A DNA stretch of 64,000 nt from Spirochaetia bacterium (GCA_965262935.1 OZ253572.1:4420042-4484041); one strand, 5' to 3'. Shown: positions 27,748-36,757, numbered from the stretch's first letter. A program made the numbers and translations. The notes: generated from the sequence alone by a model not told the origin.

Positions 27748-28679
27748 CCAATCCGCTGCCCACCGTTCCCGTCCATGCCATCGATCCCCAACCCGACGCT
27801 CCCCAGTGGTTGGTGCGCGACCTCTGGACCACCGCCGCCGTCGGGGTTGTCGGCGGCAGCCCCAAGGTTGGCAAATCGTGGTTTGGCCTCGATCTCGCCG
27901 TCTCGGTCGCGTCCGGCACCCCCGCCCTCGGGCGCTTCCCGGTCGACGCCACCGGACCCGCCCTGGTGTATCTCGCCGAGGATGCTCTGCCCCGCGTCCG
28001 TGACCGTGTCGCCCACTTGTGCCGCCACCGCGGCCTCGATCTGTCCCGCCTCGACCTGCAGGTCGTCACTGCCGACCGGTTACGCCTCGATACCGAACGC
28101 GACCAACTCGCTCTCGACCAGACCGTGCAACGGATCCGCCCGGCACTACTGCTGTTGGACCCCCTGGTCCGACTTCATTCTCTCGACGAAAACAGCGCTT
28201 CAGACATCTCTTCTCTGCTCGCCTTTCTGCGCGCCATCAACCGCCGCCATCAACTCGCTCTGGTCCTCGTCCACCACATGGCCAAGCGCTCCAGGCGCAA
28301 TCTCGGCCAGTCCCTGCGCGGCTCTTCCGATCTCCATGCCTGGACCGACTCCGCCTGCTATCTCGTGCGGCGCCCCGACGACCGTCTGCAACTCACCGTC
28401 GAGCACCGCTCCGCTCCCGCTCCCGACCCCCTCCTGCTGCGCCTCTCAGGCGGCGGCGACCAGCCTCTCTCGCTGCTCGTCGACAGCGCCGACGCCCCGC
28501 CGCCCCCGCTCGCCGAGGCGGTCCGCGCCGCTCTCCGCAGCGCCGGCCAGCCGCTCTCCAGGACCGTCCTGCGCCAACGCCTGCGCATCAACAACGCTCG
28601 TCTCGGGGTCGCCCTCCAAACTCTCCAACAACGCGGCCTCGCCGTCCGCAGCCCCAACGGCTGGCACCTGCCGTCATGA
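27738..28679 (+). CDS. AAA_25 / RecA-like (RepA-type) ATPase with C-terminal winged-helix
   Basis: Overlaps the preceding gene by 10 nt. Walker A GGSPKVGKSW, Walker B LLLLDPLVRLH, LVLVHHMAK. The C-terminal LSRTVLRQRLRINNARLGVALQTLQQRGLA is wHTH-like. Confidence 0.7.
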   Translation: MAMTNPLPTVPVHAIDPQPDAPQWLVRDLWTTAAVGVVGGSPKVGKSWFGLDLAVSVASGTPALGRFPVDATGPALVYLAEDALPRVRDRVAHLCRHRGLDLSRLDLQVVTADRLRLDTERDQLALDQTVQRIRPALLLLDPLVRLHSLDENSASDISSLLAFLRAINRRHQLALVLVHHMAKRSRRNLGQSLRGSSDLHAWTDSACYLVRRPDDRLQLTVEHRSAPAPDPLLLRLSGGGDQPLSLLVDSADAPPPPLAEAVRAALRSAGQPLSRTVLRQRLRINNARLGVALQTLQQRGLAVRSPNGWHLPS

Positions 28680-28717
28680 TCCGCACCCTCGGTTGCCTAC
28701 CCGCTCTCATCCGGCCG

Positions 28718-28768
28718 CCGTTCCGCTGTTCCACCGTTCCGCTCCAGGCACGCGCTCGGAACGGAACG
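28718..28768. repeat. GTTCC(G/A)C(T/C) x3 followed by inverted CGGAACGGAACG
   Basis: GTTCCGCT GTTCCACC GTTCCGCT (28720-28743), a 13-nt spacer, then CGGAACGGAACG (28757-28768). It starts ~40 nt after the AAA_25 stop and lies inside the right transposon arm. Confidence 0.8.
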
Positions 28769-28983
28769 ACCACCGCCACACTCCGCGTCATCTATCCTGC
28801 AACCAACCTCGGCCCGGGGCGCGCAACGCAACAGCTAAATCGCCCACTGGCGATCCTTCTTCATCGGAGTGCTTCAGTGTAATTCGTTACCTCCCTGCAC
28901 CGCTCCGACTGCTTCCGGCTGGAGCGACAGTTGCCGGGCGGGATTCGCACCCGCTGGGATACAGCGCCTTTCCACGGCGCACG

Positions 28984-29061
28984 GCAGACCTGGACTATTC
29001 ACAAATAGCTGCCGCGTACTGGGCGCAGATTGGCGTCGAGGTCGAGATTGATGAGCTGCCG
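28984..29061 (+). pseudogene. short fragment of a family-5 ABC substrate-binding protein
   Basis: ADLDYSQIAAAYWAQIGVEVEIDELP resembles the ...qw.kiGv.vei... segment of peptide/nickel SBPs. There is no context on either side. Confidence 0.3.
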
Positions 29062-29115
29062 GCCCGGGGAACGGGTGAACCGAATGTTTGCATAGGAACG
29101 AAATCGCGAGCCGCC

Positions 29116-29613
29116 TCAGCTATGGGGCTTCACGTCCGCGGCCGAAATGGCGCCGAAGCTTCCCCCTCGCTCTTCGAACATACCTAGGAAGTTGCCGTCT
29201 GGGTCCTGGAAGTGAACGAGCAACAGCTGGTTCTTGCCGTCGTCGTGGGCCACATACGGCTGCTCCGGGAACTCCACTCCCTTGCGCTCGAGTTGGGCAA
29301 CCGCAGCGTCGATGTCGTCAACCAGGTAGTAGAGCGCCGACTTCGTCCTGAACTCTTCGGATTCCGGAATGCCGAGAAATATGGTGATGTCGCCACACCG
29401 GAAAAAGGCATATGGGGAGTCCCCAGTTTTGGAATCCCACCTCAACGGCCTGAACGGCGGGCGCTTGATCTGAAACAGGAGCTCCATTCCGAGCGTATCC
29501 CGATAGAAGCTGACGGCGCGATCAATGTCGGTAACGCTGATAAAGGTCTGAACAATTCTCTTCAATAGGTTGTCGGTCACGCTGTCGGTCACTGCAATAT
29601 CTCCTGTCTTCAT
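29116..29613 (-). CDS. VOC (glyoxalase/bleomycin-resistance/dioxygenase) family protein
   Basis: 165-aa ORF. FISVTDIDRAVSFYRDTLGMELLF and HFQDPDGNFLGMFE are typical VOC beta-alpha-beta-beta-beta modules. G+C is visibly lower than in neighbours. Confidence 0.7.
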   Translation of the reverse strand: MKTGDIAVTDSVTDNLLKRIVQTFISVTDIDRAVSFYRDTLGMELLFQIKRPPFRPLRWDSKTGDSPYAFFRCGDITIFLGIPESEEFRTKSALYYLVDDIDAAVAQLERKGVEFPEQPYVAHDDGKNQLLLVHFQDPDGNFLGMFEERGGSFGAISAADVKPHS

Positions 29614-29625
29614 ATATGTTTGCGC

Positions 29626-30590
29626 TCAAGAGTAGAGGTGGCAGACGACCTTGTGTCCTGGCGCCGGCTCGATCATCTGAGGTTCGAGGGCGGCACAAGG
29701 CTCGAAGACCGCCTGACAGCGGGGGTGGAAATGGCAGCCCTGAGGCGGGTTCACCGGCGATGGCACCTCGCCCGTCAGGATGATCTCCTCCCTCTCGATG
29801 TCCGGTGCGACGGCAGCGCTGCCGACATCAGGGCGCGGGTATAGGGGTGCAGGGGGTTCTCGAATAGCTCCTCGGACTCCGCCTCCTCGACCAGGCGACC
29901 CAGGTACATGACCCCTATCTTGGCGCACATGTACCGCACCGTGGCCAGGTCGTGGGCGATGAGCAGGTAGCTGAGGTCGTGCTCCTGTTGCAGGTCCTTC
30001 AACAGGTTCATGATCTGGGCGCGGATGGAGACGTCCAACCCAGAAACCGGTTCATCGAGAATGATGATCTTGGGACCGAGGGCCAGTGCCCGGGCCATGG
30101 CGATCCTCTGCCGCTGTCCGCCGCTGAACTCGTGGGGAAAGAGGTTGGCCTGGTAGGCCTGTAGGCCAACGTCTTGGAGGACCTCGCTCACCCTGGCCCG
30201 GATCTTCGCCGTGGTCATCGTGGTGTTGATTTGCAGCGGCTCGGCGATGATTTCTCTCACCCGCATGCGCGGATTCAGCGAGGCCCACGGGTCCTGGAAC
30301 ACGGCCTGAACCGACGACTTGTACCGCCTGGCGCCCTCCCGATCCAGGTTCAGGGCGTCCAGGTCTTCGTACTGGATACCCCCGTCCGTCGGCTCCTCCA
30401 GCAACAGGACCATCTTCGCAGTGGTCGTCTTGCCGCACCCGGACTCGCCGACCAGGCCGTAGGTCTCGCCCGGCTTGATCGAGAACGAGACGCCGTCCAC
30501 CGCCTTGAGAGAGGCCCGGTGGCGCCTGAGCAACCCGCCGGTCACCGGGAATTGCTTCTTCAGGTTGCTTACCTGCAGAAGTACCGACAT
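29626..30590 (-). pseudogene. oligopeptide/dipeptide ABC transporter ATPase (OppF/DppF-like) with frameshift near 29812-29830
   Basis: ORF 29775-30614 (start MSVLLQV at 30590; GESGCGKTT, FSGGQRQR, ILDEPVSGLD) loses frame after HPYTRALMSA. The conserved tail REEIILTGEVPSPVNPPQGCHFHPRC...CHLY continues in ORF 29626-29928. Confidence 0.75.
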
Positions 30591-30985
30591 TACGCACTTT
30601 CTCGCAGCCAGCATGCAGCCGTGTGTCTGACGCCGACGGTCACGGAAGGAGGGTACTCCTCGTGACAGCGCTCATGAACATGAGGACACCGAGGCGCGAA
30701 AGAGCAACCGTCAGGCAGGTCCCACAGGGCAGGAGGCTGTCCGTCGATGGCGTAGAGCCGCTCCACGCTCTGTTCGAGCTTCGGCACCGCGTTGATCAAC
30801 GCCTCCGTGTACGGATGCGACGGGCTATCGAAGATCTGTCGTACATCCCCTTCCTCCACAATGCGCCCGGCGTACATCACCGCTACTCTGTCGCACATCT
30901 TGGCCACGATTCCGAAGTCGTGGGTGATGAACATCAGCGCGCAGCCCGTCTCCCGCTGGAGATCCTGTAAACCGGCATTGATAGT
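30590..30985 (-). pseudogene. OppD/DppD-like ABC ATPase, C-terminal third only (5' part removed at the IS21 end)
   Basis: ...VTINAGLQDLQRETGCALMFITHDFGIVAKMCDRVAVMYAGRIVEEG...HPYTEALINAVP. Walker A/B are absent. Similarity stops where the IS21-type terminal repeats start (~30984). Confidence 0.7.
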
Positions 30986-31344
30986 GACCCCCCCTCGGCA
31001 TTTTTAGCGACCCCCCGGTCGGCATCCAAAACGACCCCGGGTCGGCACTCAAAACGACCCCCCTCACGGTGCATGGTTTGTGCGTGCAAACAACGAACCA
31101 CGTGAGGAGGGTCAGATGGCCAGGAGGACAGCCACGATGGAACTACAGGATATCGTCAATCGATTGAGGATGAAGCAGTCGATCAAGGCGATCAAGCGGG
31201 AGACCGGCAAGCACCGGAGTGTGATTCGCAGGGTGCTGCAACTCGCCGAGCAGGAGGGGTGGCTGGATGAGCAGCAAGAGTTGCCGTCCGAGCAGCAGCT
31301 GCAGGAGGTGTACCACGAACAGCGGATCGGCGAGGAGGGTCGCC
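30984..31344 (+). mobile_element. IS21-family element A, left end plus 5' part of istA only (interrupted by element B)
   Basis: Four GACCCC(C)..TCGGCA-type repeats (30985-31075), a GAGGAGG RBS, and ATG 31116 encoding MARRTATMELQDIVNRLRMKQSIKAIKRETGKHRSVIRRVLQLAEQEGWL (IstA HTH). It is cut at 31344/31345. Confidence 0.55.
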
Positions 31345-31535
31345 TGTGGCGCGACAATCAAGGTGAGAACGTAGCGACAATCAAGATGAGAATGCCGAGG
31401 CGGCTGACAGCCCTCTGATCGGGGGGAGGTTGGCCGCCGCTGACGGAGGGAGGGCGTAGCCCGACCGTAGTCAGCGGCGCGGCGGCGCCGGTGGGGGCCG
31501 CCGTCGGTGATCGTGGCCGACCCGGCAAGTAAGGT

Positions 31536-33095
31536 GTGCCTGAGTACCCAACGAAGGAGCACCCATTGCCAGGCCGACATCTTACCGATCGCCAAGTGAG
31601 GCTCTACATGAGTTTTCGTCGCAAGGACACCCCGTCAGTGGCAGCGGCCAAGGCGTCATTCAGCAGCGCCACCGCCTACCGCATCGAGTCCGATCCACAA
31701 CCGCCGTCACAGAAACAGACGCCGCGCAGCAGCCGCCGTTCCGACCCGTTGGACGGCATCTTCGAGAAAGAAGTGGTGCCGTTGCTGGTCGAGTCCCCGT
31801 CTCTGCGTGCGGTGACCATCTTCGAAGAACTGCGCCGCCGCGATCCAAAGCTCCCTGCCAGCGTGCGCCGTACCCTTGAGCGCCGCGTGCGCCGGTGGCG
31901 CGCCCTGCATGGGCCCGAACAGGAGGTGATCTTCGCCCAGAAGAATCCACCCGGTCGCCTCGGCCTGTCCGACTTCACCGCCACCGGAGACCTCGGCGTC
32001 ACCATCGCCGGTGTGCCCTTGACGCATTTGCTGTATCACTTCCGGCTGCCCTACTCGGGCTTCGAATACGCTGACGTGGTGCTCGGCGGCGAGAGCTTCG
32101 TCGCCTTGAGTGGCGGCTGCCAGAACGCCTTGTGGCTGCTCGGTGCGGTCCCGCAAGAGCACCGTACCGACAGCCTGTCGGCCGCCTACCACAACCTCGA
32201 TCGAGCCGCCGCTGACGATCTCACCCGTCGCTACCAGGAGTTCTGCGACCACTACGGCATGTGCCCCACGCGCAACAATCGCGGCAAGGCCCATGAGAAC
32301 GGCAGCGTCGAAAGCGCCCACGGCCACCTCAAGCGCGCCATCGAGCAAGCCCTGCTGCTGCGCGGCTCCCGTGACTTCGACGACATCGCTGCCTATCGCG
32401 CCTTCATCGCCGAGATCGTCAGTCGCCACAACGCTCGCCACCGTGCCCGCATCGACGCCGAACGCGCCGTGCTGGCGCCGCTGCCGGCGCAGCGCACCGC
32501 GGACTTCGAGCTGGAGCGCGTCCAGGTCACCCCGCACTCCGGCTTCAACCTGCGCAAGGTGTTCTACTCGGTGCCGTCACGGCTGATCGGCCACACCCTG
32601 CGCGTCCACCTCTACGATGATCGGCTGGAGCTGTTCGTCGGCTCCTCCCCACTGCTGACCCTGCCCCGCGGTCGCGCCCATAGCGACGGGCGCCGCGGCC
32701 ACGTGGTCGACTATCACCATCTCATCCATGCCCTGCGCCGCAAGCCGATGGCCCTGCTGCACCTCGTCTACCGCGATCAGTTGTTCCCGCGCGACGCCTA
32801 CCGCCGCACCTTCGACGCGTTGCTCGATGCGCTCGATGAGCGCGCAGCCTGCCGGCGCATGGTCGGGCTGTTGGCCCTGGCCCACGATCGTTGCTGCGAG
32901 GCAGCGCTGACCACACGGCTTGCCGACCTCCTCGAAGCCGGCACTTTGCCTGAACTGGAACCACTCGAGGCGCTCTTCGCTTCCGATCCGCAATCGCTGC
33001 CCGATCTCGACGTACGCCTAGGGTCGCCGGCCGACTACAACGACCTGCTTGACCACCCCGCCGAGCTCGCCACTCCACCGGCAGGCCCAGCATGA
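31536..33095 (+). CDS. istA: IS21 family transposase IstA
   Basis: 519-aa ORF. A possible TTG start at 31566 follows AAGGAG. The DDE region (SDFT..., YHFRLPYSGFEY..., NNRGKAHENGSVESAHGHLK) is typical of IstA. Confidence 0.9.
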   Translation: MPEYPTKEHPLPGRHLTDRQVRLYMSFRRKDTPSVAAAKASFSSATAYRIESDPQPPSQKQTPRSSRRSDPLDGIFEKEVVPLLVESPSLRAVTIFEELRRRDPKLPASVRRTLERRVRRWRALHGPEQEVIFAQKNPPGRLGLSDFTATGDLGVTIAGVPLTHLLYHFRLPYSGFEYADVVLGGESFVALSGGCQNALWLLGAVPQEHRTDSLSAAYHNLDRAAADDLTRRYQEFCDHYGMCPTRNNRGKAHENGSVESAHGHLKRAIEQALLLRGSRDFDDIAAYRAFIAEIVSRHNARHRARIDAERAVLAPLPAQRTADFELERVQVTPHSGFNLRKVFYSVPSRLIGHTLRVHLYDDRLELFVGSSPLLTLPRGRAHSDGRRGHVVDYHHLIHALRRKPMALLHLVYRDQLFPRDAYRRTFDALLDALDERAACRRMVGLLALAHDRCCEAALTTRLADLLEAGTLPELEPLEALFASDPQSLPDLDVRLGSPADYNDLLDHPAELATPPAGPA

Positions 33096-33937
33096 GTACT
33101 CCAGCACCCATCGATACTGCCGCGCTCAACCTGATGCTCAGCGAACTGCGCCTGCCCACCATCAAAGCTCTGTGGCCTCAGTTCACCGCACAGGCCGACC
33201 GCGAAGGCTGGCCCGCCGCGCGCCTGCTGACCGCCTTGACCGAACACGAAATCGCCGACCGCGCCCGGCGCCGCTTCCAGCGCCGCCTCGGCGAAGCTCG
33301 GCTGCCGAGCGGCAAGACCCTCGACAGTTTCGACTTCTCCGTCGTGCCCACTCTCTCCAAGGCGCACGTGATGGCCCTCTGCGCCGGCGACCGCTGGCTC
33401 GACGAAGGCTCCAACCTGCTGCTCTTTGGTCCGCCCGGAACCGGAAAAACCCATATCTCCGCCGCCATCGGCCTGGCTCTCATCGAGCACGGCTACCGGG
33501 TGCTGTTCACCCGCACCACCGATCTCGCACAACGCCTGCAGGCCGCGCGCCGCGAATTGGCCCTCGAGGCCGCCATCAGGAAGCTCGACAAGTTTCACCT
33601 CCTGATGCTCGATGATTTTTCCTACGTCACCAAGGATCAGGCCGAGACCAGCGTCCTGTTCGAACTGATCAGCGCGCGTTACGAGCACCGCTCCCTGCTG
33701 ATCACCGCCAACCAGCCGTTCGGCCAGTGGGACAAGATCTTCCCCGAGCCGGCCATGACCGTCGCTGCCATCGACCGCTTGGTGCACCGGGCCACCATCT
33801 TCGAGCTCAACGTCGAAAGCTATCGGCGGCGCACCGCCATCGACAACAAACGCCAGCGCGCAGCGGCTGCCGAGGTCGATGCCGCAGACCAGACCGCTGC
33901 CGCACCGTCGGCACCGTTACGTAACGGTGCGCAGTGA
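33092..33937 (+). CDS. istB: IS21 helper ATPase IstB
   Basis: 281-aa ORF overlapping the istA stop. LRLPTIKALW, Walker A GPPGTGKTH, Walker B LLMLDDFSY, and ITANQPFGQW. Confidence 0.9.
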   Translation: MSTPAPIDTAALNLMLSELRLPTIKALWPQFTAQADREGWPAARLLTALTEHEIADRARRRFQRRLGEARLPSGKTLDSFDFSVVPTLSKAHVMALCAGDRWLDEGSNLLLFGPPGTGKTHISAAIGLALIEHGYRVLFTRTTDLAQRLQAARRELALEAAIRKLDKFHLLMLDDFSYVTKDQAETSVLFELISARYEHRSLLITANQPFGQWDKIFPEPAMTVAAIDRLVHRATIFELNVESYRRRTAIDNKRQRAAAAEVDAADQTAAAPSAPLRNGAQ

Positions 33938-33939
33938 CC

Positions 33940-34227
33940 ATGGCTTTGACCAACGCCCAGCGACAACGGCGTTATCGAGAACGCCACAAGGCACCGCAAA
34001 CGCAGGTGCACTACCGACGACCGCAGGACCGCCGATCCCGACCGCAGCTCTGGCAGGACGCGGTACGCACCCTGCTCGACCTTCAGGATGAGTACCAAGC
34101 GTGGCTCGACAACCTGCCCGACAGTCTCGGGGAGTCCGCCCTCGCACACAAGCTGCAGGCGATTTGCGCCCTTGACCTTGCCGAACTGGGCAGCGTCGAG
34201 CCGCCACGCGGGTTCGGGCGTGACTGA
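33940..34227 (+). CDS. small conserved hypothetical (passenger ORF inside IS21-B)
   Basis: MALTNAQRQRRYRERHK...QDEYQAWLDNLPDSL...LDLAELGSVEPPRGFGRD starts 3 nt after the istB stop. My memory of similar ...PPRGFGRD tails on mobile DNA is unverified. Confidence 0.4.
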   Translation: MALTNAQRQRRYRERHKAPQTQVHYRRPQDRRSRPQLWQDAVRTLLDLQDEYQAWLDNLPDSLGESALAHKLQAICALDLAELGSVEPPRGFGRD

Positions 34228-34858
34228 GGCAACCCGCAACTCGCCCGCTCCGTTCGTCAAGCCCTGACTTGGCGGCCCCTGGCGGCCCCTGGGGCCGCGC
34301 TACGGTGCCGACCGGGACTCCACGGTCGCTGCGAGCAGGGCGCCAACCTACGCCCTGCCGGCGTTGCTCGCGGTGCATGGCCTGCAAAAATCGTTCGAGG
34401 ATCGCCGTGGCGGGCTGCGCGGCATCAAGATGGTATCCGGATACCCCCGAAAATCACCTCCCGCTGCCCCTTCACGCCATGTTTGGGTTCACCCGAAGTG
34501 TGCTCCAAGCAGTCCCGATTTCGCCGTCGAGTTCTCTCCATTCTCCCGCCCAGCCCGCTCACTGCGACTGCTCATCTGCAGCCCCTTGCACAACCAACCG
34601 CCCTACGTCACCCTGGGTCTCGTTGCGACATCGATTCTCATCCTGATTGTCGCGCCACAGTTCTTGGAGACCCGAAGTACTCCTCAGACGAATTGGCATG
34701 AATCTGGCACCATCTGGCACCGAGTCCGGGTATACGTCGATCTGGACGTTGAATACACTACGCCCGAGCCGGGTGGTGCATGCCGTGTTGATGGCAGCCG
34801 CACTCGCGCACGCCCAGCGAGCCCGGCCACGACGCCAACAACATTGGGAGCACTACAT

Positions 34859-35896
34859 ATGTCAAGATTGAAAATCACCGCCGTTCTGTCAGTGACGGCG
34901 ATTGCCCTCGTGCTGGCCGGATGCGCGGGAATGGCCCGGCGTCCGCAGGCCGACCCTACGGTGATGACCTACAACCTCTACCTCGGGACCGATGTGGCCA
35001 GCATCTTCACAATCACCGACGCCGCAATGCTACCCACCGAGATAGCAAGGATGTACGGCGAAATTAGGGCATCCGACTTCCCCGGACGCGCCGCCACCAT
35101 CGCCGCATCCATCAAGGAAGCTCAGCCGCACCTGATCGGCCTGCAGGAAGTTCCGTTGATTCGTTTCGGAAACAACGAATTGAGCTTCCGTGCGATTCTG
35201 ATGAGTGCGCTCGAATCCGCGGACCTGGACTATGAAGTCGCGGCCGAGGTTGAGAATGCTCACATCAAGCTGGACGGTGCAGCTCTGACGGACTTCGACC
35301 TGATACTGGCTCGCGGCGACGTCGAAGTGGCGCGGCCCATGAGCGCGAACTACACGGCCTCGCTACCCATTCAACTACCGGGCGCTGGCGGCGTCCTCAA
35401 GGTCTTGAGAGGATATGCCGCCGTCGACGCGACGGTTGGCGGGGTGACCTACCGCGTCGTCAATACCCACCTGGAGGCGACGCTGGAGGCGCTCCCGGGA
35501 ACGCTGCAGGCCACCCAGGCGATTCGTGTTGCGCAAACACAAGAACTGGTGGCCAGTCTGAGCACCGAGACGTTGCCGGTGATCCTGCTGGGAGACTTCA
35601 ACACGCCGGCGCCGGACGGCCCCGCGTACAAGCTTCTGCTCGATGCCGCGTACATGGACGCATGGCGGGCGGACTCCGAGGGAGACGGAAACACCTGCTG
35701 TCAGGACGCGGACCTGAGGAACGAAGAGAGCGACCTGAACAAGCGGATCGACCAGATATTCATCAAGGGTGTGAGCCTGCGGGAGGGCGCCGCCATCCGC
35801 ACGGCCACGGTCGGCGACCAAACCGAGGACAAGACGGACGGCGGTCTCTGGCCGTCGGACCACGCGGGCGTGATCGCGCATCTGCCGGTAGAGTAG
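34859..35896 (+). CDS. endonuclease/exonuclease/phosphatase (EEP) family lipoprotein
   Basis: ORF 34364-35896, start set at ATG 34859 (MSRLKITAVLSVTAIALVLAGC, lipobox). MTYNLYLG, IGLQEV, VVNTHLE, LGDFN and WPSDHAGV are EEP catalytic motifs. Confidence 0.8.
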   Translation: MSRLKITAVLSVTAIALVLAGCAGMARRPQADPTVMTYNLYLGTDVASIFTITDAAMLPTEIARMYGEIRASDFPGRAATIAASIKEAQPHLIGLQEVPLIRFGNNELSFRAILMSALESADLDYEVAAEVENAHIKLDGAALTDFDLILARGDVEVARPMSANYTASLPIQLPGAGGVLKVLRGYAAVDATVGGVTYRVVNTHLEATLEALPGTLQATQAIRVAQTQELVASLSTETLPVILLGDFNTPAPDGPAYKLLLDAAYMDAWRADSEGDGNTCCQDADLRNEESDLNKRIDQIFIKGVSLREGAAIRTATVGDQTEDKTDGGLWPSDHAGVIAHLPVE

Positions 35897-35907
35897 GCTG
35901 CGGCAGG

Positions 35908-36757
35908 TCAGCGGCCGCGCCAGACGGGGGCACGTTTCTCGACGAACGCCTGCATGCCCTCGCGGGCGTCTTCGCTGGCCAGCATCGCCTCGTAGGCGGT
36001 AGCTGCCGGCGAAGGCGGCTTCGACGAAGCCGCGCGCGAGGCCACGCAACATCATCTGCTTGGTGGCGCGCACGGCGAGCGGGGCGGCGGCCAGCAGTGC
36101 GCCGGTCCAGCGCGCGACCTCCGCCGGCAGCTCGGCGGCGTCGACCACGGCGTTGAGCAGGCCGCGGGCGAGCGCTTCCTCGGCGCTCAGCAGGCGCCCG
36201 GTGAGGGCGATCTCCATCGCCTGCTTGAGCGGGATCTGGCGCGCCAGGCGGTGCAGGCCGCCGTGGGCGGCCAGGCCGACGCGCGGCTCCGGCAGCCCGA
36301 AGCGGGCGTGGCGGGCGGCAATGGCCAGGTCGCAGGCCAGCACCAGCTCCAGGCCGCCGCCGATGGCATCGCCGTTGACCGCCGCGAGCACCGGCTTGTC
36401 CAGGTCGAAGCGCTCGGTGAGCCCGCCGAAGCCGGTGGCCGGCATCTCGTCCACGCCGCTGCGCGCGCGCTCCTTGAGGTCGGAGCCGACGCAGAACGCC
36501 CGCTCGCCGGCGCCGGTGAGCACCAGTACGCGCGCCTCCCGGTCCGCCGCGTAAGCGTCGAATACCGCCGCCAGTTCGGCGTGGGCCGCCGCATGCAGGG
36601 CGTTGCGGCGCTCCGGACGGTTCATGGTGACGGTTACCACGGCGCCTTCGCGCCGTACGCCGAGGTGCCGTACCCCGCGCCCGTCGGCCCGTCGAGCGCT
36701 TCCTTGACATCGGCCATGTGCCACCCTACCCTGCCGTGGTCCTGCCGCCCATCCCAA
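35908..36757 (-). pseudogene. enoyl-CoA hydratase/crotonase with frameshift at ~35998-36012
   Basis: The main frame (TTG 36757; VTMNRPERRNALH, FCVGSDLKE, AAVNGDAIGGGLELVLACD) runs on into the EEP gene. The canonical tail ATAYEAMLASEDAREGMQAFVEKRAPVWRGR* is in another frame and ends at TGA 35908-35910. Confidence 0.7.

Larger units (their letters stand above)
24487..28833 (+). mobile_element. Mu/Tn552-like transposon: coupled four-gene operon, 15-bp terminal/subterminal IRs, flanking GCTAAA direct repeats
   Basis: TTGCGTTGCGCGCCC at 24491-24505 has its exact reverse complement at 28817-28831. GCTAAA occurs at 24481-24486 and 28834-28839. The interior encodes an rve transposase, a TniB/MuB-like ATPase and an AAA_25 ATPase with ATGA-type overlaps. 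Confidence 0.55.
31345..34659 (+). mobile_element. IS21-family insertion sequence B (complete: IRL, istA, istB, small passenger ORF, IRR)
   Basis: Left end TGTGGCGCGACAATCAAGGTGAGAA (31345-). The right end reverse-complements to TGTGGCGCGACAATCAGGATGAGAA (ending 34659). An internal repeat GCGACAATCAAGATGAGAA lies at the left end. No target-site duplication is visible. Confidence 0.8.

Noticed and set aside
34364-34430. ABC-ATPase-like N-terminal snippet LAVHGLQKSFEDRRGGLRGIK inside IS21-B
   Set aside because: It is about 20 residues with no Walker A following. It could be chance. It is mentioned only as context for the IS cargo region.
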